Shown in pieces: positions 1 to 11,480 of a stretch of DNA of 64,000 nt. Positions within the stretch are counted from its first letter, which is position 1, and the number at the start of each line of letters is the position of its first letter. The notes beneath the pieces are model-generated. The model saw only the letters and a program-made list of their open reading frames with translations, searched no databases and had not been told where the DNA came from. This DNA is from Lama glama (Eukaryota): contig CM052817.1 of assembly GCA_028534125.1 (NCBI GenBank), positions 70,992,001-71,056,000 on the forward strand. Reading direction: 5' to 3'. A program made the translations under genes and the position numbers.

Positions 1-39
1 GATGAACACAATAATATAACGATAACACAATTTTTTGAC

Positions 40-240
40 CTTTTACTCTGTGTCAAGCACAGAGTTAAGTATATTACATGTGTTATTTAATCTTTATCAA
101 CAAACCTATGAGAAAGTTATGATTATTGTCAATTTACCAATGAAGAAGCCAAGACTTAAAAAGGTTAATAACCAGGATCACATAAATAACTAGACCTGGG
201 ATTAAAATCTAGGCTGTCTGACCCAGAGCACATAACCACT
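40..240 (-). mobile_element. MIR SINE remnant
   Basis: Similar to the reverse complement of the MIR core (tttaatctttatcaacaaacctatgag...ggattaaaatctaggctgtctgac). Confidence 0.7.
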
Positions 241-407
241 CAGTTCAGGTACACAAATAAGAATGACAAAAGGCAGGAAGTGATAAGGATCTTAAGAAAC
301 AGAAAAGCACAGCTTGCTGTGAGAAAACCGAGGTTGCAGGTAACACTTCTCGAAGGGATGTTCAGGGAAGATTTCATGAACAAGGCAGCTTTTAAATTGA
401 GTCTGGA

Positions 408-582
408 TAAAAATGAAGTTACCATGTGATCCAGCAATCTCACTCCTGAGCACATATCCAGAGAAAGCTCTAATCTGAAAAGATATCTGTACCCCAATGT
501 TCATAGCAGCACTGTTTACAATAGCCAAGACATGGAAGCAACCTAACTGTCCATCAACAGATAACTGGATAAAGAAGATGTG

Positions 583-627
<45 letters not shown>

Positions 628-1120
628 TCGTGTGTGTGTGCGCACACACACACACACACAGGAATACTACTCAGCAATAAAAAAGAATAAAATGCCATTT
701 GCAGCAACATAGATGGACATAGAGGTTATCATATTAAGTGAAATAAGTCAGACAGAGAAAGACAAATATCATTTGTTATCACTTATATGTAGAATCTAAA
801 AAAAGATACAAATGAACTTATTCACAAACCAGAAATAGACTCATAGACATAGAAAACAAATTATGGTTACTAAAGGGGAAGTAAGGGAGGAATAAATTAG
901 GAGTTTTGGATTAATATATACACACCACTATATATAAATACAAACAACAAGGACCTGCTGTATTGCACAGGGAACTATATTCAATATCTTGTAATAACCT
1001 ATAATGGAGAAGAATCTGGAAAGGAATATATACATATGAATCATTTTGCTTTACACCTGAAACCAACACAACACTGTAAATTAACTATACTTCAATTAAA
1101 ATGTAACTAAATAAATAATG
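408..1120 (+). mobile_element. 5'-truncated L1 (ORF2 end plus 3' UTR) with TSD
   Basis: L1 motifs (atccagcaatctcactcctgagcacatatccagaga, ttcatagcagcactgtttacaatagccaagacatggaagcaacctaa); TSD AATTGRGTCTGGA at 395-407 and 1121-1133. Confidence 0.9.
583..660. repeat. Compound microsatellite (AGAT)11 + (TG)5 + (CA)9
   Basis: Read directly from the sequence. Confidence 0.95.
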
Positions 1121-1703
1121 AATTGGGTCTGGAGAGATGGGAAAGACTTAAATATGTGACACTGTGGTGAGGGGCCAGGAGCCATGGAAGAGCCTGGAGG
1201 CACTGGGGGTGCTGTGGGGACAGGGAGTCCCACTTAACAGGATGAGAATGTGCATGGAGGAGGGCTGGGAGACCAGTGGGAAACCTAGATCAGAGGGAGG
1301 TCCTGGATGGCGCTGATGCTGAACTCAGGGGGAAAGAAGAAATGGAAATAAATGTGACTCAACATTTACGCCTAAACAATTGGCAGAGTCAACCTGATGT
1401 GCTGGGGAGATTAACCTGAGGAGGGTGCACTGCATGGACTAGAGGAACGAGAACAGAGGCAGAAACATGAGTTGGGAGACTATTTACAAGCATCTGGATC
1501 TGGGGTGGTAACGACTGAACTGGTGGGGAGGCAGTGAGAACAGAGTGGTGGAGAGATGTAGAGTCTTGTCAAGTCCGCACCTGCATTCCTTCCCAAGTCC
1601 CCCAGCAACGCCAGAGGGAGAGCAAAGTGCGTCCGCAGGCCTCTCAGGCTAAATGTTGCCTTTTCATGGCATAATCAATCTAATTTTTTCCCAGTCTCAT
1701 GGC

Positions 1704-1705
<2 letters not shown>

Positions 1706-1734
<29 letters not shown>
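1706..1734. repeat. (AC)n microsatellite
   Basis: Read directly from the sequence. Confidence 0.95.
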
Positions 1735-1736
<2 letters not shown>

Positions 1737-3527
1737 GCGCGCATGCACCCATTTTACTGTTTTACAGACTAAAGATCCCAGTTTGGATTCTCTTGATAAA
1801 GTAATTATGGGATATTTATTTTAATAGAATTTCATGTGAATAAAAATGTCAACGTGTTGGAGGTGAGCCGGGAGCTGGAGGGAGTAACACCCACACAGTG
1901 AGGGGTACCAGGTCTACAATCCACAGGAACTGTTCTCCCAAAGGTGGTGATGTCTGTACACAGATCTACAGGTCACACTTCCCGAAATGTAGTCTGTGGT
2001 TTGGTGGATCTGTGAGTTCAATCACTTTAAAAATTGAGTGGCTATTCAGCAAAAGGAAATAAGAGAAATGAAAATTCACTCTCTGCCCTTAAGAAGCTGT
2101 AGGAGTTTAACAGGTAAATGAAATATACATCCCCAGGGAACACAGAACATTTTAATATTCCTACACGTTAATGCCATGAAATTACATTTTTTGGGGATGC
2201 TCAAGGAATGAATTTTTTTAATATCTGAATAATATAAACAGGTGAGTTTAGCCACCCTCTCCCCCTCCCTTTCCAAATCCAAACTCTCCTCACTTCAACT
2301 GTCTTGAATAGACAAGGTTTTTGAAAACCTGCCACGCACTGCCACCACTTCTTACATGGGCCTGCACCTCCCCGGAATGAGGCTGTCTCAGGGGGCAGGA
2401 TATGGTTTGGTATGGTCTCCTCTCTTTTGAGGGAGAACCAGAACATGGAAGGGCCCTATTACCCTAAGATTGTGAATGCGTCAAGACACAAAGAGGAGGG
2501 AAGGAGACGTGGCCGGGAGGAAAAACAAACTCAAATCCTGACAGAGGCTTTGTCAAACATTGAGCTTAAAGAGCAGGGTGAGGACTCAAACCGCAGGGAG
2601 GCCTCAACACTGAAAGGCAGGAGGTGAGAGATTGGAATGTGGAGGGGACGGAGTTGGTGAGTCAGGCCAGCCGACAGGAGGTGGTCACACGGAGGTGCAG
2701 AGAAGCCTGGCCTGTTCGCATAGGCAGAGGAGCCCCTTAAAGGGGATGCCAGGCTGGACAGTCACAGTCTACTGACTGTAAATGTGTTCTGGACTAGTGG
2801 ACATCCCAGGACAATGGTACTAACAAATCTAAGTACATACATGCAGAAAGGACGACACACAGCAAAGAGCCACTGTAATCAAATAAGATTCATCAAGTGT
2901 ATTCTCTTCAGGATGAGCTTTGACTCAGATTTGGAAGCTCATGTTCCAGGCCTTCTTTGCAATTGTTAATTCATCTAGTCCAATTCCCAACAGCCAGTGA
3001 TCACCTCCTTTTTTTTTTTAACTCAGTTATGCCTTTGAATCCCGAGTCCCATTCCCGGGATGCACAAATCGTCGCTGAGCTCACAAGGACGGATCCCAGG
3101 AAAGGAGGCAGCGGGATTGTGGGAGGAACAATTGCGGGGGCCTGCTTGATATTCACTGGACACTCTTACTTCACTTTGTGGGTTTACAGTGCGGCAGCTG
3201 TGTTTCCATTTCTCCTGTAAAGCTAGCTGCAGAGAAACGTCACAAATTAAAACAGACCAAAAAAACTGCAGATTACTTTACCAGTTACCCCCAAGTTGAC
3301 AGTCTATAGATTACAACCAAATCTTAAAGTGTTTCATTGGTCAACAGGATTTTTCTGTAGCTCTTAAGTATCTATTTGAAGACATAAAGCATGTGAAGTT
3401 TTCGGCCCAGAGCCACAGTTTAGAGCTTAAGTAATACCGTGTAAGCCTACCTACAATTTTATGAGATTTTCTGTTGAGCTTTTGGGGGTTTGGACTGCTT
3501 GCTGTCATCCTCCATTTTCAAAGAAGA

Positions 3528-3684
3528 CATTTTTGGTTGTTTTTCTTTTGCTTTGGGTTTGGGTGGGGAAGGTAATTAGGTTTATTTTTTATTTATCTAT
3601 TTAATAGAGGTGCTGGGGATTGAGCCCAGGACCTGGTACATGCTAAGCATGTGCTCCACCACTGAGCTATACCCTCCCCCCCGC
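3528..3684 (-). mobile_element. tRNA-derived SINE, camelid vic-1-like
   Basis: Minus strand GGGGAGGGTATAGCTCAGTGGTGGAGCACATGCTTAGCATG...CCTGGGCTCAATCCCCAG (A and B boxes), AAACCTAATTACC segment and A-rich tail; TSD TCAAAGAAGA at 3518-3527 and 3685-3694. Confidence 0.85.
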
Positions 3685-6419
3685 TCAAAGAAGAGGTTTT
3701 TTTTTTTTTAATATCACTGTGTTTCCCATATATACTTCCCATTGTTGGCAGCATCTACCCTGAGTTATTTATAAATTGCTGTCAAATTCTCAAAACTTCC
3801 CCTGCCTCAGCATCCTGAGCTTGATTCCTTCTCCTTGGCCTCTCACTGTGGATGGAGAAACAGAATGATCACGAAGATTTAAGAAGCCCTCGGTGGGTTT
3901 GTGCAGTTGGAGAGAGCTTGCGGGGAGAAAGTAAGAGTTGGAGAGTAGAGAAATAGGAACTATTCCTGGCACAGTGGCTTTGCACGGGACTCATTCCATC
4001 CGTGGGATACCTCAGTGCAAGCCTGTATGAAGAGAGGGCTGGCAGTGGGCCACACTCAGGGCTGCTCACTGGGAAAGAGTAATGGTTTCTATAGACTGGC
4101 AGCAAGACTACGTCCTGCTTTTCAAAATGCTGTCAAAAGACTTATTTACCAGGGAATGCATCCTTGGGCCACTAAAGGGGACGAGCAGATTCACACATCT
4201 GCCTCCTGGTGAGAAGCATAGAAAAAAGGTTTCCTCTCCTCTGCCTCTAGAACACCTGGGCTTTAGTTTGGATTTTACTAACAACTAGTTGTGCGGCCCA
4301 GGGTAAAATAATTTAGCATCTATGAGTTCCAGCTATATTGTGTGAATAAACAGACGATCTGAGTAAATAATCTCCCTGGCCCTGAAATTCACTGGCCCTT
4401 TAATCTGTTGGCGTATCTTGTAGCTTAGAGAGAGTAAAAGTCGGGTGCAGCATTCTTCTAAAGCTTCTATTGTCTAGTCCTGTCTATAATCGGGCCAAGT
4501 CCTGTGGTTTGTGGGATTAACACGAGGCACAAAATAACTCCGTGTCATCAGAAACCAAGAGTTTGGAAAAGACATTTCCCCTAACGAAATTACATATCAC
4601 TGCTCAAAAATAATAAAATGCTATAGAAAGAAAATATCAGCGCCACCACAAATCAGCATCTGAGGAACAGCTCCAGAAAACATCTGGAAAATAGCGCTGT
4701 GTTAACAAACCACCGGATAAAACGTTTGATTTCCCAGTCACCGACGTTCCTAACTGCAAAAGCAGTTAAAAGGTCTTATGAGGAATAACATCTTGGCACT
4801 GGACGAACAACAAGAACCCCAGCTGTTTGCACTTGCTGTGAAACAAGTGCCAATGTACATACTGTAATCTGCACGATCTGCAGAGGATGGAAGAGCCAGC
4901 CACTCAGCACGATGGAAAGTCCTGACCAGGCAGGAGTGAGCAGGCCACAGGGACCAAGTAACGGGCCAAAGCTTCTTTTCCTTACAACAGCCCATTTCCA
5001 GGGCAACTTCCTTGTGAAATGTTCATTCACGTGCTTTTGCTAGAAATGTACAGCATGGCCTGGAAAGAACTTCTCTTTTCAGGCAAGAGTTCCCTCTAAA
5101 CCATAACAGATGTTGGAAACGCAATGAGACTGGTCAAAAAGAAAAAGAGGAGGGGACATCCGCAAGGACTATACAGTGACAGACAGAAAGGGGAGGGGCC
5201 TTGAAGTGATGGACATGAAGAGAGAGAGAAGCAGGCAAAAGCAAGATAATGTGAATACTTCCGACCCCTCCCCTCCAAGGACCAGAGGATCATATCCATC
5301 CTGCCACTGAGATTTTGAGGGAGACTAAAGTAAAATTGCAAGACAAAGGGAAAGGGAGGGAGCGTTCAGACAGTGGGACAATGTTTATTTGCAATGCTTC
5401 TTAGGAACTCATTGAAATCAATAATTCTTCAGAATTGAGCAGTTCAAGTAAGTCCGATCCAGTCATTTGCTATCAGTCATTGAATGATTAGCTGTTAAGC
5501 TCATCAGTATGTATGAGAAAAGCTTCAAGGTGTGGATGGGGGAAAAGCAGTAAACAAAACAGACATAGTCTATTTGGAAGACACATTATTCCGGTCACCT
5601 CATGAATAAACGATCAGTCACCACCTACATACGATAAGTGTTACAAAAACCAAAAAAGATATGTAGAAAGGGGTGTCTTTATTTATATGCTAGAAAAGAT
5701 AGATAACAAACAAGTAACCACCAAAATAAATATAAAATTGCAACTCTTAGGTGTGCATCAAAGGAAGGTATATGGTTCTATAAGAGGATAAATGGAAGAT
5801 ATGACTTGACAGAGATGAGAGATAGCTTCCCTGAGGAAGGGACATTTGAACGTCAATGTGAAGGATGAGTGGAGTTTAATTAGGTGAGGCTGGGACAGCG
5901 TTGGGGAAGAGTTTCCTTGGAAAAGATCAGAAGAAATGGATTGATCAAAGAGCAGCAAAGCCCACGTTCAGGGACAGAGGGTGCTCACGGAGCATGCTGC
6001 AAACAAACTGGACAGTATGGCAGAGCAAAATCTGCAGGACTCTATAGGTCATACTTGTCTCTATTCTCAAAGCAGTGAAGGGTTTTGGTGGGAGTATAAC
6101 ATCACATTTGCGGTTGAGAAGATCACTCTGGCCACAGGGTGTACAGGGGATTACAGGAACGAGAATGGATACAGACAGACTGTGATAGAAGGTAGCTTGC
6201 TCTAGGGTAGTGATGATGCTGCAGGAGGTGGAGTCTCAAGGCCAGTATAAGGTAAGCATGTTAGGTCTATGATCGGGCAGAGTGAGTTGCTAACAGTCCC
6301 AAGAAGCCACAGGTCATTCAAACAAGAGTTTGCTTTGAATGCAGAATGCAGACAGAAGGCAATGGCATTCTAAAAAACAACAACCAAAGCACCTTACCAC
6401 GTCTTCTCTTACTTACCTG

Positions 6420-6940
6420 TCTTCCTGATATTAGCCAACCACTTCCACTGAAAATGGTGAAGGAGAGGGAAGTACAGAGGAAGCCATAGCTCCTTTTCCT
6501 TTTAGTCCTTCCTTATTCATCAGGAAGCTAAAGTGTTGATAGAGCATATTGGTAGGATGTAAATGTATAAATAAGTGAAAAACAAAGTTGAGTTATTCTT
6601 ATGCAGCGTTTTCACTCTTCTATTAAGAACAAAATGCATGTGTTAAGAATTGTGTAATTTTGAGGACTCCACAAGTTTAATGCTCTTATACTTTCATTTG
6701 CACTGGTATTGTACGATGTAAAGAGGAATGGTAAAATTCACGCTCATAGCTAACTTTAAAATTGTTTCTTTAGAATGACAATAAAAAATAAAAGACACCA
6801 TAACATGTTGAACGAGACCGTGGAAGAAAAGGAAAACATATTTTAGTGCCTTTAATAGCACTTTTTCCCTACTCTTTTGAACAAGGCATCCTGCATTTTC
6901 ATTCCACCCCAGGGCCCCCAAATTATGTAGCAGACCTTGC
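6420..6940 (+). mobile_element. hAT-type DNA transposon remnant (MER45-like)
   Basis: 3' end gcattttcattccaccccagggcccccaaattatgtagcagaccttg resembles the MER45 terminus. Confidence 0.6.
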
Positions 6941-7159
6941 ATGATACACTCCTGACTTGCTTGTAATTGGCTATTTACTTGCTTCATTCCTACTAGATTG
7001 CCCCACTGCTGAACACATGGTAGTCAGGAAGGAAACGTCAAATAGAAACAAATCTGGGCATAAGTTGGGAGAGACTTTAAAAGGATTATTGCAACAGGAG
7101 GAGAAGGGCTATTGCAATAGAGAGATTGCTCTGACTCTAAGATCTGCCAGGGTCTCAAT

Positions 7160-7501
7160 TGTCTTTATCAGAAGAGGAGATTTGTATTGTACACTAGAAA
7201 TTGATGCAACATTGTAAACTGACTATACTTCAATTAAACATTTTTTGATTCAAAAATAAAATAAAATAAAACAAAATTTAAAAAGAAGAGGAGATTTGGA
7301 CACAGACCTGTACACGCACAGCGGAAGGACCCTGTGAGGACCGTGAGAGAAGGTGCGGTCTCCCGAGAGAGATCTCGGGAGAAAGGGAACTTGCCAGCAT
7401 CTTGATCTTGGACTTCTCGCCTCTAGAACTGTGGGAGATTTCTGTTGTTTGAGCCACCAGAACTGTGGCATTTTGTCATAGCAGCCCTAACAAATTAACA
7501 C
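7160..7501 (+). mobile_element. MaLR LTR (MLT1 family), interrupted by a short L1 3' fragment
   Basis: cttgatcttggacttctcgcctctagaactgtgggag...tttgtcatagcagccctaacaaattaaca is typical of an MLT1 3' end. Confidence 0.8.
7185..7283 (+). mobile_element. About 100-bp extreme 3' L1 fragment with A-tail and perfect 15-bp TSD
   Basis: tgtacactagaaattgatgcaacattgtaaactgactatacttcaattaaa plus A-rich tail; TSD AGAAGAGGAGATTTG at 7170-7184 and 7284-7298. Confidence 0.85.
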
Positions 7502-8254
7502 AATCTTCTTACCTTTGAGATACTTTATACATTCTGTTTATATCCCTTCTTAGGTATACATATTACAAATATTAGCTGCTTGATTGAATTGCCTCTCTGT
7601 TTCTTAATGGTCTCTATCAAAGAACAGAAGCCTTTAACTTTGATGAAGTCGGACCTTTCATTCCTTCCTGTCACGGTTTGTGCTGTGTGCAGCCCACCCA
7701 GCTCCTGCCTCTGCCTCATTCTGTCAGCCAAGGTCCAGCCAGGAGACAAAAACCGTATCAGTTATTTGAATAGAAGCGTTGAACATAAACAATTGTGAAG
7801 TAGTAAAATGTGGTGAGCTACAAAAAGATAAAAGAGGATTCTAAGAGGTACAGAAATAGTAACTGCAGATAGTAGCGACCACCTTTAAAGTCAGTGGAAT
7901 GAGAACAAGGAAGGAAACTTCAAAATAGAGAAGCCTCCAGCCCCAAGGCTAACCTCCAAGGACGGGTATGGCTGCCGCGGGAGCCTTCAGCCTGCTGGTG
8001 GCAGTGGAACTGCCGGAGGACAGAGCCACCTACAGCAGCCCCACCACTAGGTGACAGAGAAACTCCAGGGCCCAGACCTCAGCTGGTCGGCAGGACTTGC
8101 TGGCCACAGCTCAGGTCTCAAGACATGGATTTGTCAGTTAACACACTCCTAGCAAGGGAGTGAGGAAAGAGAAGGAAAGGGAATTCAGGACAAGACTGAG
8201 AAGGAGCCAGACAGGTAAGAGGAAAAGGTAGTAGGGGGGTATTGTGCTGAATAT

Positions 8255-8620
8255 GTCAGACAGAGAAGCACATACTGTGTAATATCACTTCTATGTGGGA
8301 TCTAAAAAATACAACGAACTAGTGAATATAACAAAAAAGAAACAGACTCACAAGTACAGAGAACAAACTAGTGTTACCAGTGGGGAGAAGGAAGAGGAGG
8401 GACAAGAGTAGGTAAGGGATTAAGAGGTACAAACTACTATGTATAAAAATAAATAAGCAACAAGGGTATATAGTACAACACGGGGAATGTAGCCAATATT
8501 TGATAGTAACTCTAAATGGGAGTATAACCTTTAAAAATTGTGAATCACTGTGTTGTACACCTGTAACTTATATAACGTTGTACATCAATTTTTAAAAAGT
8601 ACAATTTAAAAAAAAAAAAA
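8255..8620 (+). mobile_element. L1 3' UTR fragment with poly(A)
   Basis: gtcagacagagaag...tgtgaatcactgtgttgtacacctgtaacttatataac followed by an A-run. Confidence 0.8.
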
Positions 8621-10059
8621 GAAAGCGGTTAGAAGGAAAACAGAAGCGTGGAAAGTAATGAAACCAGAGAGTTAACGTCTAACGCCGCTGAGACAACTGT
8701 CTCAATACTAGCCTTTTTTATTTGCAAGTTTTCTATGAGATTTTTTTCTTCTAACCCATCTTCGTCTAACCCTATTTAACCTTTATACATTTCAACATCA
8801 AATTAGATATCTCCTTTTCTTGGATGCCTTCTTAAATCCTCCCCCCAAACACATGGTTAGGTCCTCCTCTGGCCGCCAAATGCATTTGCACTTATCCTTG
8901 AGATAAAACTTAAGCTCTTTAAGCTATAAGATTATGTTTTATTCTGCACTGTATCTCCAGATCATAACACACTTCTCAGCATGTTGTTAGCATTTCAGCC
9001 TTTGATAAAGTTTTTTTTTCATCTGAATAAATTGCTCTTTTCTCTGTCCCAAATCCGTTTAGTTATACTTCTGTCATGGAACTTATTACCTATTATTATT
9101 TTCATGTGTTATTTTGTCTCCCCAAGAAACGATTAATTCCTACTAATCTTTTCATTCCTATGATTGACAAGCACTATGCATTGCACAGAGTGTGCATTTT
9201 CTTGAATATCTCCTGTATGAAATGTCACCAAACTCAAAAGGTGATTAAAATGTAGTAAGACTGGTTTGGGGATTGGCTTTTGAACTGGGTCTGAAGACAT
9301 GTCCTTTTATAACTTTATCAGGAGGTATGCAAGAACCTCAGGGGTATTGGTTTAAACTCATTTGACTACAAGAAACAAATTAACTTAAACAGAAAGGAGG
9401 GGAGTTTCTTCCTATCAGGAGAAGCACCGCTGTTGACACCCTGGAAGAAGCTGGACTCAGGCCCTTCACTGCTGGCAGGAGGCTTCTCCATCCCTCCTCT
9501 CTGCTTGTTCCCTGCTTCCGTCCTCCCGCTCACAGGGTCTTTCATTCGTTCCTTCATGCTTTTCCTCCTCTCTTTTCTTCTTTGATACCAAAGATGCGAT
9601 TGTAAGGCAAAGGAGGGACATGCTGTTAATAAGCATTCCCTAGGCTGGCCTCCTATAGCTCCCGAATTACAGCTCCTCCATTCAAGAGAGATTCCAAACT
9701 AAGATTGGATTATTTTATCCAGTCCCACACTGAGAGTGAAGGGACTCTGATTTACCCAGTCTGTGCCAAGCACATACTCCTAGTCCACTCAATTGTAGGG
9801 TCCTGCAGCAAAAGAGTGGCTAAGAGTTATCCCTGTATCTATGGGGATGGATGAGCAGGGAATAGAGGTTAGGAAGGAAAGGAAACTAAAGAACTAAACA
9901 GAAGGAACCTAATACATCATCCACCACACAAGTCACTCAGGTCAGTGTTTAAGCGGAGGAAACCACACTATGAGGGGAAGGGAAGATCCTATACAACTAT
10001 AGGTTTGGCCCCAGGTTTAATGTCCAGAAGTTCAGTGCAGGTAGGATAGGGTCAGGTTT

Positions 10060-10932
10060 TGGGGTGAGGGTTGTTTGGTTTTGGTTTTGGTTTTTGAAGT
10101 ATATTTGATTTATAATATTGTGTTAGTTTCTGGTGTACAGCATAGTGGTTCATTTATATATATGTATATTCTTTTTCATTATAGGTTATTACAAGATATT
10201 GAATACAGTTAGTTCCCTGTGCTAAACAGTAGGACTTTGTTGTTTATCTATTTTATATATAGTAGTTTGTATCTGCTAATCCCAAACTTCTAATTCATCC
10301 CTCCCCTCTACTTTCCCGTTTGGTAACTGTAAGTGTTTTCTGTCTGTGAGTCTGTTTCTGTTTTGTAAATAAGTTCATTTGTGTCATTTTTTTAGATTCC
10401 ACATACATGATATGATATTTGTCTTTCTCTTTCTGACTTACTTTACTTGGTATGATAATTTCTAGGTCCATCCATGTTGTTGCAAATGGCATTATTTCAC
10501 TCTCTTTTATGATTGTATTCCATTGTATATATATATACCACATTTTTTTAATCCAATCACTTGTTGATGAACATTTAGGCTGCTTCCATGTCTTGGCTAT
10601 TATAAACAGTGCTGCTATGAACATTGGGGTGCATGTATCTTTACGAGGTAGAGTTTTCTCCAGATATATGCCCAGGAGTTGGATTGTTGGATCATATGGG
10701 AGGTCTATTTTTAATTGTTTAAGGAATCTGCATATGTTCTCCATAATGGCTGCACCATTTTACATTCCCACTAACAGTGTAGGAGGGTTCCCTTTTCTCC
10801 AGACCCTCTCCAGCATTTATCGTTTGTGGATTTTTTGATGCTGGCCATTCTGACTGGTGTGAGGTGATATCTCATTGCAATTTCGATTTGCCTTCCTCTG
10901 AGAATTAGTGATATTGAGCATCTTTTCAGGTG
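10060..10932 (-). mobile_element. 5'-truncated L1 (ORF2 C-terminus plus 3' UTR) with TSD
   Basis: ORF 10295-10744 encodes an L1 ORF2 C-terminus ([14 protein letters not shown]...[21 protein letters not shown]); TSD AGGRTAGGGTCAGGTTT at 10043-10059 and 10933-10949. Confidence 0.92.
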
Positions 10933-11435
10933 AGGGTAGGGTCAGGTTTCATGTGACTTGGTGGACACGGAGGGCCTAGACCTCATCCACAGTCACATCA
11001 GATACGACCACTTACGGGGCAGCTCCCATCTTGCTCAGTAGTGGCTGACCAGTTGGTGAAGGTTGGCCAACAGGTGAAGGCACTGGGGCTAGGGACAAAT
11101 GGAGGCTTATAATTTCTAGTGTGCTCTGCATATAGCAGTATATCATTACCCAAATTAACTGCTTTGAAAGGCAGCATTTATTTATGGAGCTAAATATGTT
11201 CTGATAAGTATGAAAAAGTTATTTTCATTATTTTTAATCACATCTCATATCACTTGTCATATATTTATCATACATTGAGCAAGCTGTATATTTAATGTCT
11301 CACTTGTTTCACTAATAGAAAGATGACAAAGGAAATTAACTCCCCCCAAAATCCACTGAATTTTATAGATTTTGTCATCTATTCTGCTGCCTAATGTCAA
11401 CTGTTAACTACTTTCCTACAATCATATGGATTTTT

Positions 11436-11480
11436 TAAAATTGAAGCACAATTGATTTACAATGTTGTGTTAGTTTCTTT
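11436..11480 (-). mobile_element. About 45-bp L1 3' terminal fragment with TSD
   Basis: ttgaagcacaattgatttacaatgttgtgttagtttc is the same L1 3' terminus seen at about 10095 and 28575; TATGGATTTT repeated at 11425-11434 and 11481-11490. Confidence 0.65.

Noticed and set aside
3605..3680. tRNA gene (also about 59670-59735)
   Set aside because: A/B boxes are present, but the A-rich tail, TSD and degenerate cloverleaf indicate a SINE.
10295..10744. 149-aa ORF as a functional gene
   Set aside because: Degenerate L1 ORF2 C-terminus running into the 3' UTR; the same applies to ORFs at 240-657 and 19209-19400.
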